NCBI RefSeq assembly: GCF_001194135.2
Contig: NC_068985.1
Coordinates: forward strand, 16,169,464-16,233,463
Reading direction: 5' to 3'
Length of the DNA stretch: 64,000 bases
Source of the DNA: Octopus bimaculoides
Lineage: Eukaryota
The position numbers were made by a program, and so were the translations under genes. The notes under the pieces are model-generated. The model did no database searches and was not told where the DNA came from. It saw only the letters and a program-made list of their open reading frames with translations. Within the stretch, counting starts at the first letter, position 1; every line of letters begins with the position of its first letter. Below are positions 22,426 to 36,579 of this stretch, in pieces.

Positions 22426-25400
22426 CCAAAAAAACTGACAAAGTAGGAACCATCTTTTTCTTTGGAAAAAAGGAATAGAAATAAGGTTTATTCAACAATT
22501 CTCATCAGAAATGCTGTTAACCTGAGTAGGGAGGAATGGAAAATAAAATATATATATATATACATATATATATAAAGAGAGAGAGAGGGGGGAGAGTGGT
22601 GTTCAATTGAAAAAAATAAAAAGTAAAACGAAACAAATTGTATTAAAATGTGACTATAATGCAATTTCTCATTTTAGTTCATGAAGCTTTTTCTCTACCA
22701 CTTCTCCTCCTCCTCTTCCTCCTCCCTTACACACATTAGACAAGCCTACATACTTTTGTTATTGTTGTTTTGCTCTTTTGCTGATAAAACATACCAACAA
22801 AGTTTTAAAACAAAATCCTGTTATGATTAGAGTAGTTGCTAGGGAAGAAGCCAACAGCAAACATCTGATGAGATGCAGTAATGTAGTAGCATATTGAAAC
22901 TATGTTTAAATGGCTGGGATCAGTAAAACAAAAAAAAGTATTAATAATAATAATAATGATAATTAATAAACAAATAAAATATTCACATTTATCATAAACA
23001 TTGAAAAAAAGAAAAGAAAAACTGAAACAAAAGCTAAAATATCTATTGAAGGCTTTATAAATAGTTCCAGCCATGTGAGGGTGTTTTTCAAGATGAACTT
23101 CAAGAAGTTTGTTACACTAGCGACTGATTCTTTCTGCTACTGGTTTATTTTATCATAGATTTCTTTTTATTAATTTACAAATGGAAATTAAAATAAACAA
23201 TTATAAATATACACAAGGGGAAACTCACATTGGTAATAATGATCTAACTTAGGCACAAGGCCACACAATTGGGGAGCGGGTATAGTCAAAAATGTCAAAC
23301 CAGTACTCCACTTGTTCTTTCTCATCTGCCCCGGAAAAAATGTAGGACAAACTAGACCCCAGTGGGATTTGAACTCAGTGATCATAATAATAATAATAAT
23401 AATAATAATGTCTGATTATTAGAAAAAGTAAAATACCAGGAAAAATAGTTTAATATATGCAAATTGATATACTTATATCTTCGAAAAAAATATTTATTAA
23501 AAGAAAAAAGAAGATATGATCTATAGAATCTCAAAAGAAGAAAATTTAAAACAATAAAACAGAAAATTTCAAATTTATCTCAACCAAATTTTATGACATT
23601 TATTTTAGTGCTTCACATAATTCAACACACACACATACACACACACACAGAGTTTTATTATCTTATGACTCATGATAGTTCTACGGCTATATGGATATGT
23701 GAAGCAATAAAATCCATGTAATAAGTATTGGTTTTTCAACTAAAATAACAGAAATATGTTAGTGTAAATTTCTAGACAAATGTCTTTATGTCCATATAGT
23801 ATTAGAATGAAATACTTTCTTAGTATTCCTGCATAACAAATCACGAGAAATCTTAGATTAAATAATAAAAGAAACGATAATGAAAAATATAAACAAAGAT
23901 TTTTTGTTAAAGTTCAAAAAAGCAAAAATTTATGACATAATGATGTTTTTGTTTTTTTCTCTTTTTCAATCACGAATGAAAAGTGGAAGAGAGAAAGGGG
24001 AGTAGTGAAAAACAAAAATTTAAACTGCTACATAGTTTTCCATGAAATATCTATACACTTCAAATTCAACTAAGAACTTACTCTCATCTTGACATTTATT
24101 TAATGAAGAGTTTGGCAGATAAAAAGAGGGTGAAAGAGTCCATTGGAATTGAAAGCAAAAAATAATAATCATAATTGTAAAAATAGACGTATGCAAATGA
24201 GAACTTACAATGAGATGAAAAATAATGAAAATATCATATGCATGGCTTATTTATTTCATGTGTTTTTTTGGAGGTTTTTTTTTTCAGTTGAAAAGTTTAC
24301 AATTAGCTGTATTATTGAATAATTTCTCTGTACAAAGTTTGATTGGGAAACAAAGAAAATAAAAATAACTATATCTGTATGTCCATTTTGTTTCTAACAA
24401 TAACAGCTGATTCAAGCACCCTCTTTCTACCCACACAAAGCAGCAGCAGTAACATAAGCAAGCAGTTGATAAACTCACAGCCAAATTGTACACATAAATG
24501 AGGAGCATTGATTGGACGGGTATTGGGGGATAAAAGTTGTAGGGGGTATCAGGTTAACAAAATTATATAGAATCGGGAAGGAAATTAGAAATAAACTTGT
24601 AATGTTCACATAATACTAAGTTTTTTGTTTGCTTTATGATTATATTTCAGTTTTTCCACATTTCACAAAAGCAATAATGACCATGTCTCTATTTCACCAG
24701 CAAACATAGCAAATTCTTTCTACAAACAATGCCAAAATATATGGCCTTATTTTCTAAAAATTCACTCAAATCAAGTGTGGCATTAACTACTTTTAGTCAG
24801 CAGTGTCGATTGATACAAAAACAAACACTAAATACTGACATTATGGTTACTTATATCAAGACAAAATAAAACTAAATAATAAAATATATCCAAATTAGGA
24901 ATATAGTCTTGATTTTAAAGTTAACCAGAATTAAAATAGTTTAGTTACACATGAAGGAAGGTGAGCAAGAAATTATATATATATATATATATCTAAAATA
25001 TAGACAATATTTCAGATATTCAAAATAGAAAGTTAAATGAAGATCATGAAAGTAATGAAAAGAAATATTTGCACATAGCTTGGATCTTGAACATGGCAAT
25101 CAATAAGCAGTTTCTCTTTAATCCTACTAAAACAGAATTCTGCATAGTTATTTATAGTGCAGCTTTCAAACAAAGACTTATATTTAATAGGGGGAAAAAA
25201 TAGAACTAAGAAGCTACTCATTAGAATAAAGTATAATGAAATTTTCAATTCAATGTCCAATGAATTAAAATCATTAGAAGAAAAAATTCAAATGACAATT
25301 ATATACTGCTTCTCAGAATTATAATAGATGGCCAAAGATGCATGACTGACAGACAGGTAGGCTGGAATATACTATAAACCAATTTAAAGAACAAAATTAT

Positions 25401-28400
25401 TTACTATATAGTTGTTGTAAGTTATTTTTGTATCTATCAGAATTAAAACAGTTAAATGAATAATTATTATATCACAGTCAGAAACTGAAGATATCCTTTT
25501 TTTTTTTTTTTTGTGAATATATTAATTTGAAATATAGAATGAATCGTACACTCAGCCATGTGCAAAAACGAACTATTAGCAATCCTTCATTTTACTTTAT
25601 ATGTTTAAAAGCTTTTTAAAAATAGCCTATAATAAATCTTAATACTTAAAATTGAGAAATAATACATCAATATCCTATATGTATATATACATTAGTTACA
25701 TATTGTTTAAGCAGTCTCATTATAGTATATCTACCAAAAAATATACATCATTAACACAAACAACGTACTTTGTCTCTTTAAAATCTGTTTTAAATACTTG
25801 ATTTTAAATTGATTTATTTTGGTTTGGTGTCGGTTAATCATAAAAACATGAACAAAAAATTATTCATCAAAGTAACATTTTCTCAAACAATTTATCAAAT
25901 TATAGCAAATATTGGCAATATGGAAAATAGATTGAAAAAGATAAAAAAAGGTTATATTGGTACATTTTTTAAAAAATTATTTTTAATATCAAAATGTTAT
26001 ACTGTGCATGTATATGTATGTCATGTTTATGTTTACAGTCTGAAAACTGGGTAGTAGTGTATGTTAATAACCTTCATCAAGGCCAATGCACAATTTCAGT
26101 TAATTGAATCATTTGAAAGGATCCTAATGTTATTACAGTACAAAGCAATTAGCAGTTGAACAAAATCATAAACATGTGTTATAATGTCACACATTAGGGC
26201 AGCAATTGTACAGAAATAGTCAATTATATTAGTGCATTCTTGAAATGATTCAGTGAGCTTTTAAAATTCAGTCAAGAATCCTGATATTTTTTAATGCTTC
26301 GATCAAATGTTTCTTTTTAAAAAGAAATTATCTAAATATTTGCTATAATTCAATTGGTTGGAGTAATTATTAATTCGATTAACTGTTTTTTGGTCATCTA
26401 CATTCAATAAATTCTAGTTCAATCAACTGTTCGCATAACCATTTATTTCTGTATTACAAAATGAGTGGTGTTTTAGTAACTGAATTTTATATAGGCATTT
26501 GCAATAAATAACTAATTGCAATCCTACAATCCACCTTACATGTTCACAGGTTTAACAGCTGAATTTGAATGTAAATGGAAGAATTGAGAAATAAAGAAAT
26601 AATCAAGATGGAAATCCAGTTCAAAGATCCAACAAGCTGCACTGACCAAAGATGTGTCCCAAAATGACACCATAAGAATATTAAATGCAATGAAATCATT
26701 TACACACTCTTATAATTAAGATTTTTGACATGGGCACAAGGCCACAAATTTCAAAAGAGAGTTGGATGTATAGATGAACAAGCCATATTTTACTAAATAT
26801 TCTGTAATTTCTATCATTTAATGCATTTTTTAAAAATAATTTAGTTAGAAAATATGCTGCATAAAAAGGAAAATAAAATGCTTGCTGATCAAACTAATTA
26901 CTTTAAAAAGAAAAACTGAATTATTAAAAACCCAACATAATCTATAGATGCCTTAACATTTCTAACCAACTATTCAAAAGTACTCTTTTATTGTGAAATA
27001 TGTTATAGGCACTTTCTTCCTTTTTCTGACAAAGAATATTGTTACTATATATATATATAGTGTGTGTGTGTGTGTATGTGTGTAAATGGTAATGAAATAC
27101 AACTATGCTGATGTTGTTTAGCCCTAAGTTGATCTTGATCATACAGACATATGGTCAAACACATTCCATTCACAGCCAAATGAATATTTAGGACTACATT
27201 ATCGAATGTATTCTTCCTTTATTTAACATGATAGTGTGAGCTTTGAGAGAGATTTGGCTGTTATCAACCAGGGAATCCTCTGTTGATTCCTAATAAATCT
27301 AATGAGTAGAAACTGCATTTGTTTGTTTTCCTGTAGAACTGTAAGATATTTGCTATTATTTGCAAGTAGGAAACTAATTACTAAGGTATAGTAATGCCTT
27401 GTATATCTGTCATCACGTAGACAACTTCTGAATAAATTGAAAGAAGTTGTAAATATATACACTCACTAGTCTAAATGACTGCAAGTACCACACAGTGTTA
27501 AATAGAAAAAAAATTGTCTTTGTGTACGTAGTGTAATTCAATTATTTTGTAATGATGTTTAAATCAAATATATAAATTTCATTTTTTTTTAAATGACAGA
27601 AATGTTTAATGCAGAAAGAAAAAAAAAAGGTACATAGAAAGTGAAAAATAAAAACAGAGTAAAGGAAGATAACCTTCCAATATCTCAAAAAAAAAAAGAT
27701 TTTCAAAGAATACTGAAATAGGAGAAAGTTATGTTAGAAAATTGAAAGAAAAAATGGTTTTGGTACAGATCAACTATAAAACCTGGACTAATTTATCTTA
27801 CTGCCAAGCTTTTTCAATCCCAAGATTGGAGAGAAAAGGAATGCAGCATTGGCAATGCAAAATAAAATACTAGAAGTTTTCACCATGAAGGCTGAGATAA
27901 AGTTTCTCATTTGAAAATAATTTTTATGAAATGTAAAGCTGGAAACCTAAACTATAATAACTTAGCTGAATGTAATTTGTTCATAACAGGAAAGCATCAT
28001 TACAAGAAGCATTAAGAACATGGTATCTAAATCAAAGAACTTCAAAAGTTATAAACAAGATTCCATGTTATGAATATACTAGATTACTGAAGTAAAGAAA
28101 AAACAGAAAGGAGAAATTTAAATTAATATAATGGAAGAATTGAGACTAATTAGACAGAAGACAGGGGCTAAACTCAAGGAATACAGTGAATGAGGAAGTT
28201 CAGTATGTACAATGAAGGAATCTGAATGAAGAAACCATGCAATATGTCACGTGGACCTTGCACAAAAGATACATATACACATACATACATATACACACAC
28301 TCATGTAGTTATGCAGAAGTTCAGGCTGTTTACTTTGGCAAGGAAGCAATAAGACTGAATGTCTTTGTGATTAACAGCAGAGATCAAGAAACTACTGAAG

Positions 28401-31400
28401 TGAAACACTAACTAACATTGGATGTGTACATCTAATGAGGTAGCAAACATATTATATGTAATCCACTTTACAGAATCATGAAATATATTGAGGGAGGAGT
28501 GAAATCAATTTCTCTGGGAGACAGAGTTATGTTGATGGATTTTCTCACATGACTGTAGAGGAATAAGGAAGTCGTATCAGTAGAAGCAAAGAAAGATGGA
28601 ATATTTCCAGAAATGAAAGCATGACTGTATTTTGAAAACTGCCCAGAAGATAGTATTGAAGGGACAGTGAAACATCCAAGGTATAGCTGTTAGACTCTAT
28701 GTAATAATCTAATAGAAATTTCTATAAATGAATGAAATTGCTAGAAAACAGTAATCTGAATTATCTGTTCATTTACAAGACAAAACACGAAGAAGGAAGA
28801 AAAGAATTTAAAGAAATGATAAACTTGTAAACGGAATCATGTCCAGACATGTTATGCCTGTCAATGGAAGCATTCCTGTTGAAATGTCATTTGAATAGAG
28901 TTTCACACAGAGAGAGTGTTTTCCTCATTAGTTCATATTCACTAAAACATGTCATTACATAAAAAGAAATTTTAGCTGAAGATTAAAATGGGTCTTGGGG
29001 CAATTTTGAAGAAGTTACTTCATCTAATGTGGTCAAGGAAACAAGAATTATCAAATGCAGTGGTAGAAATGAGAAATTAATAAACATGTAAAATAGACTT
29101 GAGAACTCCCTTTATGATAGAAAGGTGTATATATGGGAAAACCTTGGAAGTATAAGCCAGAAGATAAGGAGTTCTATATATATCATTCATGGTTACTGAG
29201 AAATCCAAGTGAGCAGACAGACCTGACAAAACTTCAATTCCAGAAAATATTCCAAAGTGTAGAAAACACTCTGAAAATAGAAGACTAACTAATGTTATTC
29301 ACATCAACACTTTATAAATGAACAAAATCATTTTTTTTTTACTCCACTTTCTGAATTATATTATACTCAAAAGAAATAATTAGCTGTTTGATGTGTAACA
29401 ATATAACAAGCATGTAAAATATTAGAAGGTTATTGATTTTCATCAATTGGTGATAGGAAATTCTCAGTACACAGGCAAGTAATAAGACATTACTTTATGA
29501 ATCATTGAAACAAATCAAAAGTTGTTAGATTTTAAATTTTCTTGTAATCATCCAACTATAAACAGTGCATAAGATTGTTTTAGACCTACTAATAGTTTTT
29601 TTAAAGAACATCTGTTGGTAATTATTGATAATTATCATTAAAAAAAAGTAAGAAGAAATGTAAGAATATTTAATTGATGTCAATGTTTTAATACAATTCA
29701 GCACTATACTTTAAACCAAGAATTAAATGCTATACATATTAAAAACTGCAAATATATTATAAAAATTTAACCATAAGGAATTGAAGTCTATGTCTTTGTA
29801 AGCAATATTTTTTCTTGTCTATTTATTATTTTCTTTTCTTTAAATTCAATACTAATTCCTTAGAGAATGTCTAAACTTCATTTACAACCTTGGCATCAGT
29901 AAGTCAATGAGGCCAGCTTCATTTATTAGCAATATGCTAAGGTGTACACAACCACATATCTGAAGTTACTTGCAATAGTAACTTGGTTAAAAGACCCAAG
30001 AGCTGAGAAAAGACTACACAAACTATTTCTATAGACTGGATATTTGGTACCACACAAAAATATATAGTTCGGTTACATTACTGTTTCCATAATTCATTAA
30101 AAAAATGTAAAATATTTGTTGCTATTTTATACTAGTTCATATTTGTCTTACTTAGCACACAAATGTTGTTCAGCTTTGTAGGAACAGCAAGAGAAAAAAT
30201 TAAAACAAGACAAATTGCTTAATGCCATCATATATATTTAGAAGATACTAAAACAGTCCTTTGTTGTTTTGTTATTAGAGAAACACTATTGAATTACCAA
30301 GTTTCAGATCAATGGTGATGTTTATTTACAAAGCTATGTGCAATAATTCATTACTTACATTAATTCAAACATGTTTGAACAATAACATAGTGAAGAAAAA
30401 AAAATTGTCCATTATGCTACAACATTGTGTGGGCAACACCTTTTGGAATTAAAAAAATACAAAATTGACAAACATGACTGGAAAATTATTAAATAGTTTG
30501 TAAAATTAGTGATAATTCAACATAAGGCTTAATTTGTTTATATTCATTTTATTCCAAGGCTGAAACAAGATTGTTTGCTCACAGAAACATAACCACAATG
30601 TGTTTGCATGTATGGGCTTACTTGTTTGATGTATATATATTTGCGTGTACTCATTGTTAAACAGAAAGAGTAGACTAGTACACGGACTGTCTTCACCCAA
30701 GGAAAGCTACTAAAAACACCTGGCCAGCAGGTGGAATAAAAGTTTAAAGTAGCTAATGGCAAAGGATAAGGGAACTCTTCTGATAAACTTGAGTCAAGAT
30801 CATGCCAGGTGATGCTGCAATATTTCAACAGTATACAGGGTCCAACATGTAAAATTTAATATTTCGACAATGAACAGTTTGTTTTTGTTTTTTTGTTTTT
30901 TTGTTTTCAGAAAATTTTCTTTCATATGTTATAATTGACAACCAGTTCATACATGTAAGTGTACATGTATGGCAAATAGTGTGTAAGATTTAAATAACTG
31001 CCATTCAGGCATCAAATACAAAACAAATTAGTTAAAATGTCCAATATAAAATGGGAATTTGAAAAGTTGTATGTGTGGTGGACTGCATCTAATGTTAAGG
31101 TAGATTGTCAGTAAATTGAGAAAAGAGGTGTGGGCAACAATCAAAGTAGCATCACCAGAAATGACAAATGGTGTTTAGAAAACAAACTCATTGACAATAA
31201 TAAAAATAACAACTGCACAATGTGGAAGTGAGGGGGGTGCTGACAACCTTTCAAATAAATAGTTCATATATTTTTGGTATGTTTTATAATTGTTTTTTTT
31301 TTTAGTTGTTTTCATTTTTTTTTTGTTGGTTTGTTGTTTCAGTTTTTTTTTTCTCCATAGTCTTTCCAAATTGGTTTTGCTTTCCCAGCAAAGACATCAG

Positions 31401-31479
31401 TGGGATATTTGTTGGCTAAATGTGTCAGGATTTAATAATAGGAGAGAATCAGATATTTTTTTTAAATCCATATACACAC

Positions 31480-31724
31480 ACACACACACACATATATATG
31501 TATGTGCACATCTGTATGCATATATACATACATACATACACACACACACATGTATTTATACACACACAAATAGCTCTACATATATATGCACATGTATTTA
31601 TATATATATATATAACATACATTAATACATATATGTTACATACAGATACATATATGCATACAAACATATACAAATACAAACATGCATATGTGTGGGTGTG
31701 TATGCACACACATACATACATCTC

Positions 31725-31780
<56 letters not shown>

Positions 31781-31800
31781 TGTGTGTGTGTGTGTGTGTA
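31480..31800. repeat. Compound (CA)/(TA)/(TG) microsatellite directly after HSPBP1 exon 6
   Basis: Direct observation. Confidence 0.9.
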
Positions 31801-31820
31801 TGGTGAAGTGCACAGTCAGA

Positions 31821-31919
31821 TTACCTTCCTGCACTTGATGCACAACCAACAGGACTGCTACTGTTACTACCACTTGAACCTAACATCTGCAATATATTTT
31901 TCGTGTACTGAAGCTCTTC
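31821..31919 (-). CDS. HSPBP1: HSPBP1 coding exon 6 (EELQYTKNILQMLGSSGSNSSSPVGCASSAGR*)
   Basis: Acceptor TTTTATTGCAG|GAA, phase 0. EELQYTKNILQ corresponds to human EELEFCEKLLQ. TAA at 31823-31821 overlaps a possible donor (see findings). Confidence 0.85.
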   Translation of the reverse strand, partial: EELQYTKNILQMLGSSGSNSSSPVGCASSAGR

Positions 31920-32869
31920 CTGCAATAAAATTGATATTCAAATATTAAGAGTTGTTAAATAACCATGTCTAATAAAGAGAAATTACATAATAATTGGATA
32001 GAATATTTGTATAGATTATATCATCACAATCATCGTTTAATGTCTACTTTTCCATACTTAAATGAATCAGACAGAATTTATTGAGACAGATTATTTTTGT
32101 GACCAGACGCCTTTCCTGTCACTGACCCTCACCTGTTTTCAAGCAAGATAATATTTCCCCGTAGCAGGTCATGTTTTTCGTGGAAGAGTAGAAATAAACT
32201 AGAAATAAACAGCCTCGCTTCTATGACAAAGAGGTTCATTAATAACACCACACATACACACAAATAAAGGGCCTCTTTAAGTTTCTGCCTACCAAATCCA
32301 CTCACAAGGTTTAAGTCAACCCAGGGCTTTAATAGAAGATAGTTGCCCAAGGTGCCATGCAGTGGGACTGAACCCAAGACCACATGGTTGGGAAGCAAGC
32401 TTCTTAACTGCACAGCCAAACCTGTGCTTATACACACATACATACTTATGATGTATATACATATATAAATATATATATATACATGTATATATATATATAT
32501 ATCATCATCATCATCATCATTTAACGTCCATTGTCCATGCTGGCATGGGTTGGACAGTTTGACCACACGTACACTTTCTATGCTGCCATGTGTTGTGCCA
32601 GTTCATCATGGTCTGGATCATTTTTTCTTATTGGGCACTGCCATGTCCATGTATTGATGCTTGCACATGTTGTTTGGCTTGCTTTCTATGACTGATGCAC
32701 CAACATTAGAGATTGAATAAAAGGACCTCAGAGCCCTATGCATTCACAGCTCAGTTTGTTAACACAAACACATGAAATCATGACAGGAAGGGCATCTATC
32801 CACAGAAACATACAAACAAAGAAGGAAAAGCAAGACTTGTACTCTATCAGCAATACCAATGTCTCTAAG

Positions 32870-33225
32870 CAAAAGTGGCATATAAAAAGCACTATTTGAG
32901 TGCGATCGTTTCCAGCTTCGCCTTACTGGCACTTGTGCTGGTGGCATGTGAACAAAACATTGGACTGACTCATGTGCAGGTGACATGTAAAAAGCACCAT
33001 TTGAGCGTGGCTGTTGCCAGTACCGCCGGACTGGCCCTCGTGCTGGTGGCACGTAAAAAGCACCCACTACACTGTCGGAGTGGTTGGCGTTAGGAAGGGC
33101 ATCCAGCTGTAGAAACTCTGCCAGATCAGATTGGAGTCTGGTGTAGCCATCTGGTTCGCCAGTCCCCAGTCAAATCGTCTAACCCATGCTAGCATGGAAA
33201 GCGGACGTTAAATGATGATGATGAT
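32870..33225 (+). mobile_element. SINE family C with internal ~65-bp imperfect repeats and (GAT)n tail; other copies near 13905-14470, 17470-17925, 19195-19510, 33772-34095, 35885-36115, 43385-43720, 44345-44610 and 46560-46660
   Basis: Conserved GAGTGGTTGGCGTTAGGAAGGGCATCCAGCTGTAGAAACTC...GGAAAGCGGACGTTAAA(TGA)n in all copies. Confidence 0.85.
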
Positions 33226-33353
33226 CTAACTGTACTGAAAATATGCTCGGAGCAACTGGGATAACAAGAAGAACTCATATGAAAAGATTTACAACACCTA
33301 ATGTAAACATGGAAAAATGGCCAACAGATTGAATGCAGACAGGATGTACTCAC

Positions 33354-33481
33354 TCTAAATTCATCTCTTCCATGTAGAGATTTAAGTTTTTCTTGTAAGA
33401 TTTCAATAAATTCCAGCTGTGGTTGTTTACAGTCTTCAAGAGAACGTGGATGATCAGTAAGAATAGCTAACAAACATGCCA
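33354..33481 (-). CDS. HSPBP1: HSPBP1 coding exon 5, visible 3' part (ACLLAILTDHPRSLEDCKQPQLEFIEILQEKLKSLHGRDEFR); 5' part in N gap 33482-33771
   Basis: Open frame runs into the gap. Phase-0 donor AGA|GTGAGT at 33353. Matches human GALCSLVTDFPQGVRECREPELGLEELL...QHEEYQ. Confidence 0.88.
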
Positions 33482-34982
33482 NNNNNNNNNNNNNNNNNNN
33501 NNNNNNNNNNNNNNNNNNNNNNNNNNNNNNNNNNNNNNNNNNNNNNNNNNNNNNNNNNNNNNNNNNNNNNNNNNNNNNNNNNNNNNNNNNNNNNNNNNNN
33601 NNNNNNNNNNNNNNNNNNNNNNNNNNNNNNNNNNNNNNNNNNNNNNNNNNNNNNNNNNNNNNNNNNNNNNNNNNNNNNNNNNNNNNNNNNNNNNNNNNNN
33701 NNNNNNNNNNNNNNNNNNNNNNNNNNNNNNNNNNNNNNNNNNNNNNNNNNNNNNNNNNNNNNNNNNNNNNNGCAAGTGAAATATTCTATAGAGGCACATA
33801 AAAAGCACCATCTGAACGTGGCCAATGCCAGTGCCGCCTTGACTGGCTTCCGTGCCGCCAGTGGCATGTAAAAAGCACCATCTGATCGTGGTCAATGCCA
33901 GCTCCTCTGGCCCCTGTGCTGGTGGCACGTAAAAGACACCCACTACACTCTCAGAGTGTTTGGCGTTAGGAAGGGCATCCAGCTGTAGAAACACTGCCAG
34001 AACAGATTGAAGCCTGATGCAACCTCCTGGCTTCCCAGAGCCCAGTCGAACCGTCCAACCCATGCCAGCATGGAAAACCGACGATGATGATGATGATGAA
34101 TAATTACATAGATATACAAAAAACACCCCCAGCTAATATTAGTTTGATATTAGATAATCCAAGGGAATTAACTCAGTAATACACCGAGTCAACTAACAAA
34201 ACGTTATGTATCGGTTTCTGGAAAGCAATATAGATATGGTCTATTACAGATTGAGAGCTTAGCTTCCTATCAATCAGAAGTGATAGAATTCACTTCATAA
34301 TGCAAAAAGACATTAGATGCAGTTCATTACAATCATGAATATAAAATACAATACTTGTGAATGTAGTTGTTCTAATTTTGCTTTTGTAATAATTTCCAAT
34401 AAAATTTTCATAGAATGCAACAATAATTTTTATTTGAAAAACTCTTTAATTTTACAAGTACATGTATTTAGTTATTTTTATTACTTAAATCTGTTTTAGG
34501 ATTTACATCACAGAAACTTAAAATCCACACAGTTAAAATTAAAAAGGCCCATTCCACAAAGATCATGGTAGGCAGCAGACGTAATAATCTGGTCCAGAAG
34601 TTGGAATTGCAACCTCATGGTTCTAGGTTTGAACCACAGAATCTTGAGTACAGCTTGGAGTTGGACTCAGGAGTATGGAATTAGGTAAATGGAAACCGTG
34701 TAGAAGACTGTCATATATGTATGCAATAACCTTCACTGATGTACAAGATCATAAAAACAGAAATACTGGTCATAGACTCTTGCTTCTCACTCTCAGTCAT
34801 GTAGTAATTAATGTAGTAATTAATCTAATGGAAACTTGTAACTAGCAACTTTACTGTTCATCAATTTTGATACGAAATTTTTAAAACCTAAGAAATTTAT
34901 GCAAAAAAAAAAAATCTAAACATAATACAACAATTAAAAAAATCACCTCTAAAATTGGAATACTATAATCCATAAAACCTAC

Positions 34983-35138
34983 CTTTCACTGCAGGCTTTT
35001 GGTTAACAATATTCCGCAACAAGAAAGCAGATTTTATTTTGAGCTTTTCAACATCAGCTTGCATAGCTCTCATCAAGTAAGAGAACCCATCTCTTTTGAT
35101 AAAATTATCTTGTGCTGATGGTTCTTCTCGGCATAAAC
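34983..35138 (-). CDS. HSPBP1: HSPBP1 coding exon 4 (CLCREEPSAQDNFIKRDGFSYLMRAMQADVEKLKIKSAFLLRNIVNQKPAVK)
   Basis: Acceptor ACAACAG|GT, donor G|GTAGGT, 156 nt (phase 1 to 1). Nearly co-linear with human LDGFSVLMRAMQQQVQKLKVKSAFLLQNL. Confidence 0.95.
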
Positions 35139-36579
35139 CTGTTGTAGATAAGAGGAAACCATTCAATAGCAATGCATTTTTTTTTATACATATATATATA
35201 TTTTTTATTTAGAGTTATGATGCTTCAATCTCTCTCTTTCTTGCTGTATGTACATACACACACACACACACACACAAACTGTCATCTCTTTTAATTGAAT
35301 AAATGCACAAGAGCAGTGACAGTCAATAGTAAGATTGGTAGAGAATCAGACAAAATAACTTGTGGCATTTAGTTAAATTTTTTAATGTTCTGAGTTCAAA
35401 TCCTATTGTGATACATGTTGAATGTAAACCTCTCAAGACTGACAACATATATACTGGGGTGAGTGTAAATGACTATACTCTAGAAAATGATGCCCCAGCA
35501 CAGTTATAGTACAAGGACTTAAATTAAGAAAAAAGTGCACTGGCTACATGATGAAGAAATTCACTTTGCCAATGTGGTTTGAAATTCAGTTCCATTGTCG
35601 AGTACCTTCAGCGAGTGATTTCTATTTAACTTCAAGCTGATGAACGACATGTGAGTGAATTTGGTGGATGGAGACTGTAGGAAGCTTGTCATACATGTAT
35701 ATGTATGAACAAGCTAATTTTTGATTAACAGTATTACCATATCTCTGTAGAGTTAACCTTGAGAGACATAGCTCCAATCGATCTAACACATTTAATAACA
35801 AATTAATGATGGCAATATAGCTTGAACACAGCTTAGATACAAGACTTAGAATAATTAAACTGTTCCACAAAACTAATGTCATCTTTTTGAGCATGGCCGT
35901 TGCCAGTACCGTGTGACTGGCCCTCGTGCCGGTGGCATGTAAAAACATTCACTACACTCTCGGAGTGGTTGGCGTTAGGAAGGGCATCCAGCTGTAGAAA
36001 CTCTACCAGATCAGATTGGAGCCTGGTGCAGCCTGCTGGCTTGCCAGTCGTCAGTCAAATCGTTCAACCCATGCTAGCATGGAAAGCAGACGTTAAACGA
36101 CGATGATGATGACGATGAATACATTAAATGTGTTAATTATATCTCAACTATTGTTGTTTTATGTGGATGGTGTCCCTGAGCAATTTATTTCACTAACGTA
36201 TATTATAACTACCTTAAATATAATAACACTAACTTTATTTAATACTCTTTATTAAGTCCACAGAGCAGATAAACTGCTAAATAAGATAAGCTAGAGCAAT
36301 ATAAGTGTGAAATATGTCTCCAAGAGAAGCTTTAACAGATCACTCAGACTATACAAGTTGTAGCAAAGTATTTCCTTGAAGGATTAAAAAACACATTGGA
36401 CAAGCTGATAGCAGTTGGAACACCTTTGGTTATTTGATAAAGATTGAATTAGGGTAAAAGAACAATACATTTTAAGTAGTGACAGCCTCTATTTGGCAGA
36501 TAAATGGGCAACTTTAAAAACATATCAACTCGTTTGAGCTGTTCCAACATTTTATAATGTAAGAAAAGAAGCCTCTTAC

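Noticed and set aside
30544-30828. 94-aa minus-strand ORF downstream of HSPBP1
   Set aside because: TTG start, no recognisable motif, no good splice sites; probably UTR or intergenic.
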